A stretch of DNA of 64,000 nt from positions 1,481,477 to 1,545,476 of the forward strand of contig CP029803.1 of assembly GCA_003226295.1 (NCBI GenBank). The letters run 5' to 3'. The DNA is from Candidatus Moanibacter tarae. GTDB lineage: Bacteria; Verrucomicrobiota; Verrucomicrobiia; Opitutales; UBA2987. Position numbers and translations under genes: made by a program. The notes under the pieces are model-generated. The model saw only the letters and a program-made list of their open reading frames with translations. It was not told the origin of the DNA and did no database searches. The stretch's first letter is position 1. Every line of letters begins with the position of its first letter. Positions 52,700-61,783 of the stretch are shown here, one piece after another.

Positions 52700-52732
52700 T
52701 CTCGAAATTAGCTTTCTAGCAAGTAATTCGAT

Positions 52733-53791
52733 TCATTCTCTTATTTCGATTCCAATCCGTGTAATCTCAATAAGCCTATCAAGCACATCCAAAGAGGGTG
52801 CCTGCTGCGTCTTCTCCATGCATTTAATGAAATTAAAAATCGATCGATTGAGAGGAATTTTACGTTCTCCTGCAAGCTCGATCAAATGACCGTTAAAAAA
52901 GTCAATCTCCGTCCGTCCTTTCTCGATATCACCCGCCATCGAACAGTAGGTGTTACGTAGTGAGTTTGCGAAAGGCTTTGCCAGGATCTTCGCTAGAAAG
53001 GGATAATGAAGAATGCGATTCACGGTGTCAGGATGGAAGGGCCCAATGACTCCTAGAGGCACACCTGCAGCCTTAAGGATGCCATAGTTTTCCTGCAAAA
53101 TCCGAAAGAAGAAATCACGGGCCTTTCGAATTGTTAAAAGCTGACCATTATCTAGACCAGCCATCGCCGCCAACGGACTAATGGCGGCATTATACATAAC
53201 CTTACTGTACTTGTAAGGAAGAACATTAGGAACAATCTTCACATTAAAATCACCATGCTTCTTGAGGACGTCTAACACCCTTATGAATTTCCCTTGAATT
53301 TCCCTCTTATTGTATTCTCCCCATTGGCCAATGTGGAGGTCTCCTCTCCTCGTAATTCGGGTCTGGGTCTTGTCCGGAAGGCATTCGGAAACAAATGATG
53401 CAATTCCTTCTAAGTTACTGCGTTCCATTAATTCTGAATCGAATCCATTCTGGATCGGCAGCACCCCTGCTGATTTAGGTAATCGCTTAAGAATAGATGC
53501 ATTCTCAAAACATTTCGTACAAAGAATGACAACACACGTATCCGAAGGCTTCCACTCCTCGAAGCAAACAAACTTGGCTGATAATAACGAACGATTATCC
53601 AACCCAATTCCATTACGACTACCCCATTCTAGTTTTCGTCGATCGACTTCGACAAACGTTACATCGAACCCGCCGGAAATGAGAGCATACCCTACCGCGC
53701 AGCCAATGCCTCCAGCCCCAACTATATAGATTTCCACGGAACTTTCACTGGGACCTCTGGTCGAACAACTCCAAATTGATCGTCCTTCCAC
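52733..53791 (-). CDS. 2-dehydropantoate 2-reductase (ApbA/PanE) family oxidoreductase
   Basis: IYIVGAGGIGCAVGYAL dinucleotide fold at the N-terminus and a KPR-like C-terminal helical domain. The true start is probably near 53734, which gives about 330 aa. Confidence 0.65.
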   Translation of the reverse strand: MEGRSIWSCSTRGPSESSVEIYIVGAGGIGCAVGYALISGGFDVTFVEVDRRKLEWGSRNGIGLDNRSLLSAKFVCFEEWKPSDTCVVILCTKCFENASILKRLPKSAGVLPIQNGFDSELMERSNLEGIASFVSECLPDKTQTRITRRGDLHIGQWGEYNKREIQGKFIRVLDVLKKHGDFNVKIVPNVLPYKYSKVMYNAAISPLAAMAGLDNGQLLTIRKARDFFFRILQENYGILKAAGVPLGVIGPFHPDTVNRILHYPFLAKILAKPFANSLRNTYCSMAGDIEKGRTEIDFFNGHLIELAGERKIPLNRSIFNFIKCMEKTQQAPSLDVLDRLIEITRIGIEIRE

Positions 53792-53947
53792 TACCCTTAA
53801 AAATTAAATGATTCACACTTTATGATAGCACGTTCCTACTACATTCAAGTACATTACTTCATATCTCGATATACTTGTAATCCAGGAGGCTTTGGACCTA
53901 TCTAACTTGAAAAATTCCAAGACCCAGATAAGGCATAGTAATTGAAC

Positions 53948-54712
53948 CTACTGGACAACAAGCCCACCGTCAACCGTCATCATATGGCCAATAACAAATG
54001 AAGCTTTGTCCGAACAGAGCCAGATGACAGCCTCAGCGATCTCCTCGGGCTTTCCGACACGTCCAATCGGCTGCCAACTATCAGCTTCCGCCTTTAAGTC
54101 AGGGTTGCTCGCGTAGATACGATCCATCAGCGGCGTGTTGACTAGCCCCGGGCACACGGCATTGATACGAATGCCCCGGCCCGCATACTCCACAGCGGCC
54201 GACTTGGTCAATCCGGCGACCCCATGCTTACTTGCCACATAGATTGGTTGATCAGGTATACCAACCAACCCTGCAACTGAAGAGCTGTTAACAATTGCGC
54301 CGGACCCTTGTTCCAGCATCTGCGGGATTTGGTACTTCATACAAAGCCAGGCCCCCTTAAGGTTTGTATCGATCAGCGTTTGGAAAGTCTCCTCAGCATG
54401 TCGCTGGTCTGGATTGGAAATTTCCCGCTCAATACCTGCGTTATTAAAGGCAAAATCGAGTCGGCCATAGGTCTCAATAGTCTTGCGAATCAGAACCTTG
54501 ACCTCGTCAGAAACCGTTACATCGGCTCTAACGAAGGTTGCCTCTCCGCCAAAGTCTTCAATCATGTTAACAGTCTCACCAGCACCTTTTTCATACATGT
54601 CGGAGACAACTGTCTTGGCACCCTCTCGAGCAAAGGCTAGAGCAGTGGCCCGACCTATCCCAGATGCACTACCAGTTACAAGTGCGACGTTACCCGCGAA
54701 CCATTCTTTCAT
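53948..54712 (-). CDS. SDR family oxidoreductase (FabG-like)
   Basis: ALVTGSASGIGRA, NNAG, catalytic YVASKHGV, and the PG motif. 254 aa. Confidence 0.85.
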   Translation of the reverse strand: MKEWFAGNVALVTGSASGIGRATALAFAREGAKTVVSDMYEKGAGETVNMIEDFGGEATFVRADVTVSDEVKVLIRKTIETYGRLDFAFNNAGIEREISNPDQRHAEETFQTLIDTNLKGAWLCMKYQIPQMLEQGSGAIVNSSSVAGLVGIPDQPIYVASKHGVAGLTKSAAVEYAGRGIRINAVCPGLVNTPLMDRIYASNPDLKAEADSWQPIGRVGKPEEIAEAVIWLCSDKASFVIGHMMTVDGGLVVQ

Positions 54713-54850
54713 TTTTATTCCTCATCAACAGGGTTACCATATTTTCCCAACCATTTTTATGTAATAAAATGCTCGATCTATCTACCCATCAATAATTTAA
54801 ATCAGTAAACAAGTCCATCCACCGGAAAATACAAAAGACGTTGAAGAGAT

Positions 54851-56110
54851 TCATGAATCAGCTATCCCGTCTCGGCATATTGCCGCTGTCGCATACCATC
54901 TCTGGTCTTTTATGACGGTTTCCCACCATCGGCTCATGTCTCTTTCGTTCATCCTTCCCCAATCTCTCGTCCCATCCTGTAAAGCTTCACCCATTCTTTG
55001 CGCTAATGCAACCAGCCTATCACCTTCCAACCGCTGCTCATCATCCCAAAAGGTCAGAGCAGTATCCAGTGATTGATTAGCCTTAAGGATCTCTGTAAGG
55101 GACATAACACTATACAGTGCCTTGGTAGCTCCAGCCGCAACATGGGGTCGGACAACAGCAGATGCATCACCAAGCAGACAGATATTACCCCTTCGGTAAC
55201 TCGGTATATTGCCATCAAATATTGCCTGTATAAACGGTCGGCCGGTGCGAATAATCATTTCTGCAATAAATTCGGGCAGAAACCTCAGAGCCTGCTCATG
55301 GAGCTCTGAAATCCTCTCATCCGAAACACTACCAGCGGGTAATGAAGTAGCGTGGATTGTACCGTTTCGGTCGGTGAGAGATTTAGCTAAATCGACTTCA
55401 GGCGTATTAACATACCATCCCCAGTTGAGTCGCCGTTGTCCAACCTCGGTTTCGCCATTACGCCCCGGGACAAGGTAAGCTATGAGATGGCCCAAAGGGG
55501 TAACAGCAAAGATATTAATCCCTTCCAGAACCGTAACGTCGTTGATAAGCTGCTCATCTATCAAACCTCGCCACATTATGTATCCAGCATATCGAAGTCC
55601 TTGGTCAGGGTATAGTATACTCCGGCCAGTCGACATGTACCCATCGGCGCAAACGACAAGATCAAAGACAGCATCTTGACCAGAAGCTAGTTCGACTACG
55701 GTGCCCCCTTCTCTCTCCTGAAAACCTGTCACTTCGCAACCTTGATGATAAATATCGTCACGTACACGTTTACGCAGAGTCCGATAGAGTGCATCCCAGT
55801 TGGTTGCAGCAATGTCGAAGTTTTGCTCCCAAAGAACACGTCTTCCACCCCCAGAGCGAGTATAGAAATCTCGCCTCCTGATGGGTAATATAGCCATTTT
55901 AGTATCAAAAATGTCACGCTCCTGGAGTGCCTCGACGAGGGCAAATGGGAATCCGATACCCGCACCTCGATCCTTTAGTGAACCCGTTGAGCGCTCGAAA
56001 ACTGTAACATCACACCCAGCGCGATCGAGTTCTATCGCAGCGGCACACCCAGCAATGGACCCCCCGATTATACACGTCCTTAATCCTTGGGCTACTCCTC
56101 TTTCTGACAT
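54851..56110 (-). CDS. FAD-dependent monooxygenase (UbiH/PHBH-like aromatic hydroxylase family)
   Basis: CIIGGSIAGCAAAIELDRAGCDVTVFER FAD fold, the distal DG motif (VVCADGYMS), and the GD motif (LLGDASAVVRPH). Confidence 0.8.
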   Translation of the reverse strand: MSERGVAQGLRTCIIGGSIAGCAAAIELDRAGCDVTVFERSTGSLKDRGAGIGFPFALVEALQERDIFDTKMAILPIRRRDFYTRSGGGRRVLWEQNFDIAATNWDALYRTLRKRVRDDIYHQGCEVTGFQEREGGTVVELASGQDAVFDLVVCADGYMSTGRSILYPDQGLRYAGYIMWRGLIDEQLINDVTVLEGINIFAVTPLGHLIAYLVPGRNGETEVGQRRLNWGWYVNTPEVDLAKSLTDRNGTIHATSLPAGSVSDERISELHEQALRFLPEFIAEMIIRTGRPFIQAIFDGNIPSYRRGNICLLGDASAVVRPHVAAGATKALYSVMSLTEILKANQSLDTALTFWDDEQRLEGDRLVALAQRMGEALQDGTRDWGRMNERDMSRWWETVIKDQRWYATAAICRDGIADS

Positions 56111-56298
56111 CTGGTTTTGACTGGGACACTTCCCTCTCTTAAGAGTGCTATAACCTTAGTTTCGATTATATTACATTCTCGGGACTCATACCAGCCCTGA
56201 TTTTGGACAGGTTAGCTTTAAATGTAGGATACTAGGCGCTAAGAAGATTTCTCTAATTGCTCCGTTTATTCTGAAGTCAAAATTCTGTGAAAGCAAAC

Positions 56299-56391
56299 TG
56301 GCGGAGAGGGCGGGATTCGAACCCGCGAGGCCCTTTTTAGAGGCCTACTCCCTTAGCAGGGGAGCGCTTTCGGCCACTCAGCCACCTCTCC
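56299..56391 (-). tRNA. tRNA-Ser (anticodon GCU)
   Basis: The minus-strand sequence is GGAGAGGTGGCTGAGTGGCCGAAAGCGCTCCCCTGCTAAGGGAGTAGGCCTCTAAAAAGGGCCTCGCGGGTTCGAATCCCGCCCTCTCCGCCA. It has a 7-bp acceptor stem (GGAGAGG/CCTCTCC), a D-loop, anticodon stem CTCCC/GGGAG with loop CTGCTAA (anticodon GCT), a long variable arm typical of Ser, the T-loop GGTTCGAATCC, and an encoded CCA. Confidence 0.85.
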
Positions 56392-56641
56392 TTCAGGAAA
56401 GTCTGGTACGAATTAACCAAAACCGTATACAAGTATCCGTTGGAAGGAGTGGGAAATCAACTGAATACTTCCTTGCAGGGGTTGGGAAGGGACAAAAGTA
56501 GACAAACAAAAGGCCTTTACTGGATTCCCTTTGTTGTTCCTACTCTTTTACTATCCAGAGTCCGTTCAATTCTATGGAAAATCCAGAGGATTAACACCCG
56601 AATTTTGAACAGCTGAATCCCTGTATATCTTACCCCTGCTT

Positions 56642-57631
56642 TTAGTTAGACCTAGTTCTCAATAATTGCTGACTTTCCACAATCTGCCATAGCAGTAGCG
56701 CAGGAATTCCAAAAAGGAGGGTACGGGCTCGAACCAAAAGAGCGAGCGCAAGTCCAGTTTCAGGACCTAGGCCGAGGGCCGTTCCTAGAACCATGAAACC
56801 ACCCTCCTGAACACCTAGAGCACCAGGAATAAAAAACACGGCATTGCGTACCGCATGCGTCATGCTTTCAAGCATTATAGCTTCGATTATACCAATTGGA
56901 TGACCGAGAAAATGAAGACCGATTAGAATCTGACCAGTCCCTAAAAAGACCCCCATCATGCGCCAGAACACTGCATAAAAGAGATCCCTTTTTTTCTGAT
57001 AGAGCTTATCTAGGGCTGTATCCAAGGCCTTTGCACCCCCTGTAACACTCTGCCAGTTTGCCACTTTTACGATCTTCTCAATGCGTTGTGCTAGGCGTGA
57101 AAACATTCCCCAGCGTTGAGCAATGTAGAACCCCATAACGCACAACAAAAACAAAGAAATCCCACCGATCGCAGCATGGGCAGTTTCCCCAAATCCGTAG
57201 TAATAGATGAAGAAAGCTATACCCAAAATAACGAAAATCGACTGAGAAGCGATCGCCAAAGTCACGTCGACGATGACGCTCGCACCAGCCTCGGAACTCC
57301 GAGATCCCCTAAGAGAAGCCAATCTAACCCTAAGCAACTCGCCTCCCACCTGAGCAACTGGCAATAGACTGTTTGCGGAAGTTCCCACCCACCGAATCCA
57401 ACAAACGGAGACGAATGAAGGCCGTCCCGCTGCACCCAATAAAATCCACCAACAAATAGCACTGGCCGAGAATGGGATTACACTGTAGGCTACCATTGCA
57501 AGCAGTCCCCACCCAGACTGAACGAGGGCCTCGGCCACCTTTCCGAATCCCTGAATCACAACCAATCCAAGCATCAATGCTATACCGATCAGCCAGAGTA
57601 GGATAGTGAAAATACGCATCGTAAACCTCAA
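56642..57631 (-). CDS. UPF0104 / lysylphosphatidylglycerol-synthase-TM-region (flippase-like, HpnL-like) membrane protein
   Basis: About 8 TM helices and 329 aa. The N-terminus MRIFTILLWLIGIALMLGLVVIQGFGKVAEAL, the conserved positions and the length fit the LPG_synthase_TM-only family. Confidence 0.65.
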   Translation of the reverse strand: MRFTMRIFTILLWLIGIALMLGLVVIQGFGKVAEALVQSGWGLLAMVAYSVIPFSASAICWWILLGAAGRPSFVSVCWIRWVGTSANSLLPVAQVGGELLRVRLASLRGSRSSEAGASVIVDVTLAIASQSIFVILGIAFFIYYYGFGETAHAAIGGISLFLLCVMGFYIAQRWGMFSRLAQRIEKIVKVANWQSVTGGAKALDTALDKLYQKKRDLFYAVFWRMMGVFLGTGQILIGLHFLGHPIGIIEAIMLESMTHAVRNAVFFIPGALGVQEGGFMVLGTALGLGPETGLALALLVRARTLLFGIPALLLWQIVESQQLLRTRSN

Positions 57632-57935
57632 ATCAAGTTCATCAGCGTCATTGAAAAGCTATACAATTGTCAATCGGTTCGTGCCGCAGACAAATACGTA
57701 GGACCTTCAAATGAGTATCATTATATACTATAGTGAAATAATCCGAAAAAATTCGGACGCTGGGTTTATACCCAGCATAGAAAATGCCAAGTTACCCTCC
57801 AATAAAATACTTCATAAAGTGCCTTAAATATTTGACTGTAAATCAATAACAGATTTAGGAACTAAATTAATTTGGACCCAAAGAACGGCTAGAGCATTTC
57901 AACAAGGAGTACAATTAAGAGGCACAACGGAACAA

Positions 57936-58451
57936 TTGATCCAAAGACTCTTCAAACTAATCCACCTCTTCCCCTCAATACCCATGCAACCCCATAACTG
58001 GAAGATCTCTTCGATATACTGTTCTATAGCCCTAGTTTCTTATTCCCAAGTCTGCGGCGTGAATTTAGCAGAGGGAAAACTGCTCTCCGGCACACTCAGT
58101 ATTCAGATCTCCGGATTGCGAAGCAAAAAAGGAACACTCAGGATCGGTCTATTTAATTCTAAGGAGACATTCTCCAAGAGAGGGAAAGCTCTTCGCTCAG
58201 CGGTAGTGAAACCGAATTCAAGAAAGGTCGAAACCAGCTTTAAGGAACTACCCTACGGAAATTACGCTATTTCCCTCTACCACGACGAGAACGACAATGA
58301 CAAATACAACCTAGGCCTTGTACTGTTTTCACGCGAGCGCTACGGGTTTTCCAACAATGTAAAACCCGGTCTCAGGGGACCCCCGTCCTTCGAAGCCGCG
58401 ATGTTCCTAATGAACTCAGATGAGAAAGTCGTAACAATAAAATTACATTAG
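57936..58451 (+). CDS. DUF2141-like secreted protein
   Basis: Signal-peptide-like start. GTLRIGLFNSKETF and YHDENDNDKYNLGLVLFSRERYGFSNN match the DUF2141 consensus pattern as I recall it. Confidence 0.5.
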   Translation: MIQRLFKLIHLFPSIPMQPHNWKISSIYCSIALVSYSQVCGVNLAEGKLLSGTLSIQISGLRSKKGTLRIGLFNSKETFSKRGKALRSAVVKPNSRKVETSFKELPYGNYAISLYHDENDNDKYNLGLVLFSRERYGFSNNVKPGLRGPPSFEAAMFLMNSDEKVVTIKLH

Positions 58452-58472
58452 GAGGTAAATACGGTGTTCTCG

Positions 58473-59492
58473 CTAGTCCATTTTTCGCCACTCATCGAAA
58501 GCCGAAGTGGTACGGACACAACCCACAGTGCAGGTTTTGTTGCAAAATTTTGGTGTATGGAACTGCTCTCGAAGGTCATCATGAGTATAGTCCATTAAAT
58601 TCTTGGAGAATATTCCCCGAGTTTGAGAGCACCAGTGGACGATTCCGAATTCGTCTATGTAGAGATAACGTGCTCCAGCCCGACATTTGAATGGAGCAAC
58701 TCCGTCTCGAATAAGTTTTTCCCTGTAACGATCAGCATCCTCCAACCTCGGACCAATCATCTGTTTGACCTCTCGATAGGCTGCCAACTCTTCCGTATTT
58801 AACCGCAATTGGCCGTTAGAATCATGAATAAGGAGGATTCGTGGAACAAAACCTCGGTCCCTGGCAAATCGAACCACCTCTACTGCTTCTTCAGGAGGCG
58901 CACTTCCAATCACACCGCTCATCACCACTTTGAATCGGGCATGTTTGCTTAATAGTTCGAGTTTCTTTCGGAGTGGCTGGAGCGTCTTTACAGTGATCTT
59001 ATTCGGCTTTACTCCATCGACGCTAATCTGCATATCAGTCAACCCACTAACATTGAGAGATTCTATGAGTTCTTCGGTAAGCCGATACCCATTAGTAATC
59101 ATCAGCCGCCGCCGTACACCAAGGGCTTTCAACTCGCTAATGAGGCCCGGTAAATCAGGGTGGAGCGTCGGCTCTCCTCCAGTTAGGCAAACCGCCCAGG
59201 TTTTTAGTTGGCGTAATTTTCTGAACCGACTGATCAAGACTTCCGATGCTATCGGCTCCGAGGTCTTATCGAATTCCGAACAGTAAGTACAAGAGAGATT
59301 GCAGCGCCGGACAATGACGATTTGCGCTAGGAACGGTCCGTATCGGATCCATTGAAAAGAGCTCAAATTACGGCCAGCCATACTATCTGGCGACACCTCT
59401 GCATACTCTTCTCTTCCTCCACTGGACGAATGCTTGTCCTTCTTCTCCTTCTCTATCAAGGACTTTATCCCCCAATTGAATCTGCCAGCCAT
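58473..59492 (-). CDS. radical SAM enzyme with C-terminal auxiliary Cys cluster
   Basis: CNLSCTYC (CxxxCxxC) followed by GGEPTL. The C-terminal cysteines (FKCRAG...HWCSQ...FCNKTCTVGC) suggest a SPASM/twitch-like second cluster. Convergent with DUF2141 and co-directional with dxs. Confidence 0.75.
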   Translation of the reverse strand: MAGRFNWGIKSLIEKEKKDKHSSSGGREEYAEVSPDSMAGRNLSSFQWIRYGPFLAQIVIVRRCNLSCTYCSEFDKTSEPIASEVLISRFRKLRQLKTWAVCLTGGEPTLHPDLPGLISELKALGVRRRLMITNGYRLTEELIESLNVSGLTDMQISVDGVKPNKITVKTLQPLRKKLELLSKHARFKVVMSGVIGSAPPEEAVEVVRFARDRGFVPRILLIHDSNGQLRLNTEELAAYREVKQMIGPRLEDADRYREKLIRDGVAPFKCRAGARYLYIDEFGIVHWCSQTRGIFSKNLMDYTHDDLREQFHTPKFCNKTCTVGCVRTTSAFDEWRKMD

Positions 59493-59576
59493 TTGATTGT
59501 CATGAGATAAACTCCACTTCTCGAGACTTATTAAGAGAGCGAAAGCTCCCTCACTAATGGACCGCTGAATTCTCGA

Positions 59577-61493
59577 TTAATGGGCCAATGTCGCCCTTTC
59601 ACGAGGCACAGAAATTTGGTTCAAGCGCTTCAGGATACGATTGAAGATCGAATTATTGTCGAGGTCGTTAACAGCACGTAGATCACCGACAGAACTCCCA
59701 TGATCAACAAAACGGTCAGGCCATCCAACAATCTCAACAGGAATTTCACAGGAGGACTCATTGAGAGCTTCCAAGACAGAGGAACCAAAGCCTCCTTTTG
59801 AAACATGATCTTCTATTGTCACGATCAGTTCCATCTTACTGGCGTGCTGCATAAGAAGCTCAAGATCGATTGGTTTAGCGAACCTGGCATTGACTACACC
59901 GGCTGAAATCCCTTCTTCAACTTCCAATCGATCCGCTAATTTGAGAGCTTCCTGAACCCAAGGACCTAGAGCCCAAAAAACAAGCTCTTTCCCCTCCCTT
60001 AGAACCTCGGCCTTGCCAATATCAATATATTGGGGGTCATCTTTTATAGTCACACCTGAAGCCTCCCCACGCGGATAACGAACAAAAGTCGGATCGGATG
60101 TATAAAGGCTCGTCCAAAGCATGTCCACTAATTCGTCTTCGTCCTTGGGCTGCATCACAACCGTACCCGGTATGCATCGTAAATAAGCTATATCGAAAAG
60201 ACCATGATGAGTCGGACCGTCCTGGGGAGATAGTCCAGCCCGGTCCATACAAAATGTCACTGGAAGGTTTTGGACGCCAACATCGTGAATGATCGGATCG
60301 TAGGCCCGCTGCAGCATTGTTGAGTAGATGGCACAAACCGGTCGAAATCCTTGGGTCGCTAATCCAGCCGCAAACAGCACAGCATGCTCTTCCGCCATCC
60401 CCACATCAAAAAATTGTTTTGGGGAGGCTTCGCGCAGCATATTCAAACTGGTTCCCGCCGACATAGCAGCCGTTATTCCCACCACTTTCGAGTCCTCTTT
60501 TGCAAATCGGACCATAGCCCTCCCAAAAACGTCCTGAAATTTGGGCGGACCTCCTGGTTTTCCCGGCTTGCTCTTACCTGTTGTAATATTAAAGGGGCTC
60601 GGACCATGGAATTTTTCCGGATCTTTCAACGCCGGTTCGTAACCCTTTCCTTTTGTGGTCATGATGTGGAGAACAACCGGACGGTCACAATTCTTACAGA
60701 ATTCGAGGTAGTGGGTAACCGCTTCTAGATCATTCCCCTCAATTGGACCAAGGTAGCGCAGTCCGTAGTTTTCGAAAAGTGACGATGGTACAAACAACTC
60801 TTTGGCCTCTTTTTTTGCCTTTTTCCCGATTTTTATAAGGGATTCACCACCAGGCAATTTTTCCAGGAACTTACTGACATCCTGATCGATACGGTTGTAA
60901 ATTGGATTGGTGATCAACTCATTGAGATACTTTGATATAGCCCCAACATTCGGCGAGATAGACCACTTGTTGTCATTTATTACGACGATGAGCCGCTTAG
61001 TGTGAATCGCCACATTATTAAGGGCTTCCATAGTGATTCCACAGGTTAATCCCGCATCGCCAACCACGGCTACAACGTGCTCATCACTCCCTCTGATATC
61101 TCGTGCCACCGCCATTCCAATAGCAGCGGAAAGCCCGGTTCCTGCATGCCCCGCACCATAACTGTCGTGAGCACTCTCCGTTCGACAGAGGAAACCACTT
61201 ACCCCCCCCGTCATCCGAATATTCTTAAAACCGTCTCCTTGCCGTCCAGTTAGAAGCTTGTGGACATAGCCCTGATGGGAAACATCAAAAGTGAATTTGT
61301 CTCGCGGGGAGTCGAACACCCGGTGCAAGGCAAGAGTGAGTTCTACCACTCCCAGATTGGGGCCCAAATGACCCCCATTCACAGACGTTACTTCGATAAG
61401 TTCTTCACGGATTTCATCAGCTAACTTAACCAACTCGTGCTGAGTAAGCTTTCTAATATCCGAGGGTTCATTTATTTCATGTAGGATTGCCAT
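59577..61493 (-). CDS. dxs: 1-deoxy-D-xylulose-5-phosphate synthase
   Basis: N-terminal GGHLGPNLGVVELTLALHRVF, the TPP motif GDAGLTCGITMEALNNV, and a transketolase-like C-terminal. 638 aa. Confidence 0.92.
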   Translation of the reverse strand: MAILHEINEPSDIRKLTQHELVKLADEIREELIEVTSVNGGHLGPNLGVVELTLALHRVFDSPRDKFTFDVSHQGYVHKLLTGRQGDGFKNIRMTGGVSGFLCRTESAHDSYGAGHAGTGLSAAIGMAVARDIRGSDEHVVAVVGDAGLTCGITMEALNNVAIHTKRLIVVINDNKWSISPNVGAISKYLNELITNPIYNRIDQDVSKFLEKLPGGESLIKIGKKAKKEAKELFVPSSLFENYGLRYLGPIEGNDLEAVTHYLEFCKNCDRPVVLHIMTTKGKGYEPALKDPEKFHGPSPFNITTGKSKPGKPGGPPKFQDVFGRAMVRFAKEDSKVVGITAAMSAGTSLNMLREASPKQFFDVGMAEEHAVLFAAGLATQGFRPVCAIYSTMLQRAYDPIIHDVGVQNLPVTFCMDRAGLSPQDGPTHHGLFDIAYLRCIPGTVVMQPKDEDELVDMLWTSLYTSDPTFVRYPRGEASGVTIKDDPQYIDIGKAEVLREGKELVFWALGPWVQEALKLADRLEVEEGISAGVVNARFAKPIDLELLMQHASKMELIVTIEDHVSKGGFGSSVLEALNESSCEIPVEIVGWPDRFVDHGSSVGDLRAVNDLDNNSIFNRILKRLNQISVPRERATLAH

Positions 61494-61783
61494 TATTGAA
61501 ATAACGATGGTTAGTCTCGGACAAACTGATTCCTGTGTTGATTCAGCGTACGGGCACTCTCAAATTCATCCGGGAAAAAAACGAGAATCCAACTCCAATC
61601 CCACAGTTCAATTGGTCAGTGGTGACACAATTAAGATCGTAGGGAAATGGTTAAATACCTTATTGCCATATTGCAACCACTTTTCGATTATCAAAATTTC
61701 ATATATTCTGTATAATCTGATTTCCATTTTTACCCAAATGAAGCGCTCCTAGATTGCAGAGCATTAACCTGGTTCTCCCTTCA

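Noticed and set aside
56111-56641. Genomic island integrated at tRNA-Ser
   Set aside because: There is no integrase, recombinase, transposase or att-like repeat of the tRNA 3' end in the flanks. The idea is kept only as a low-interest note.
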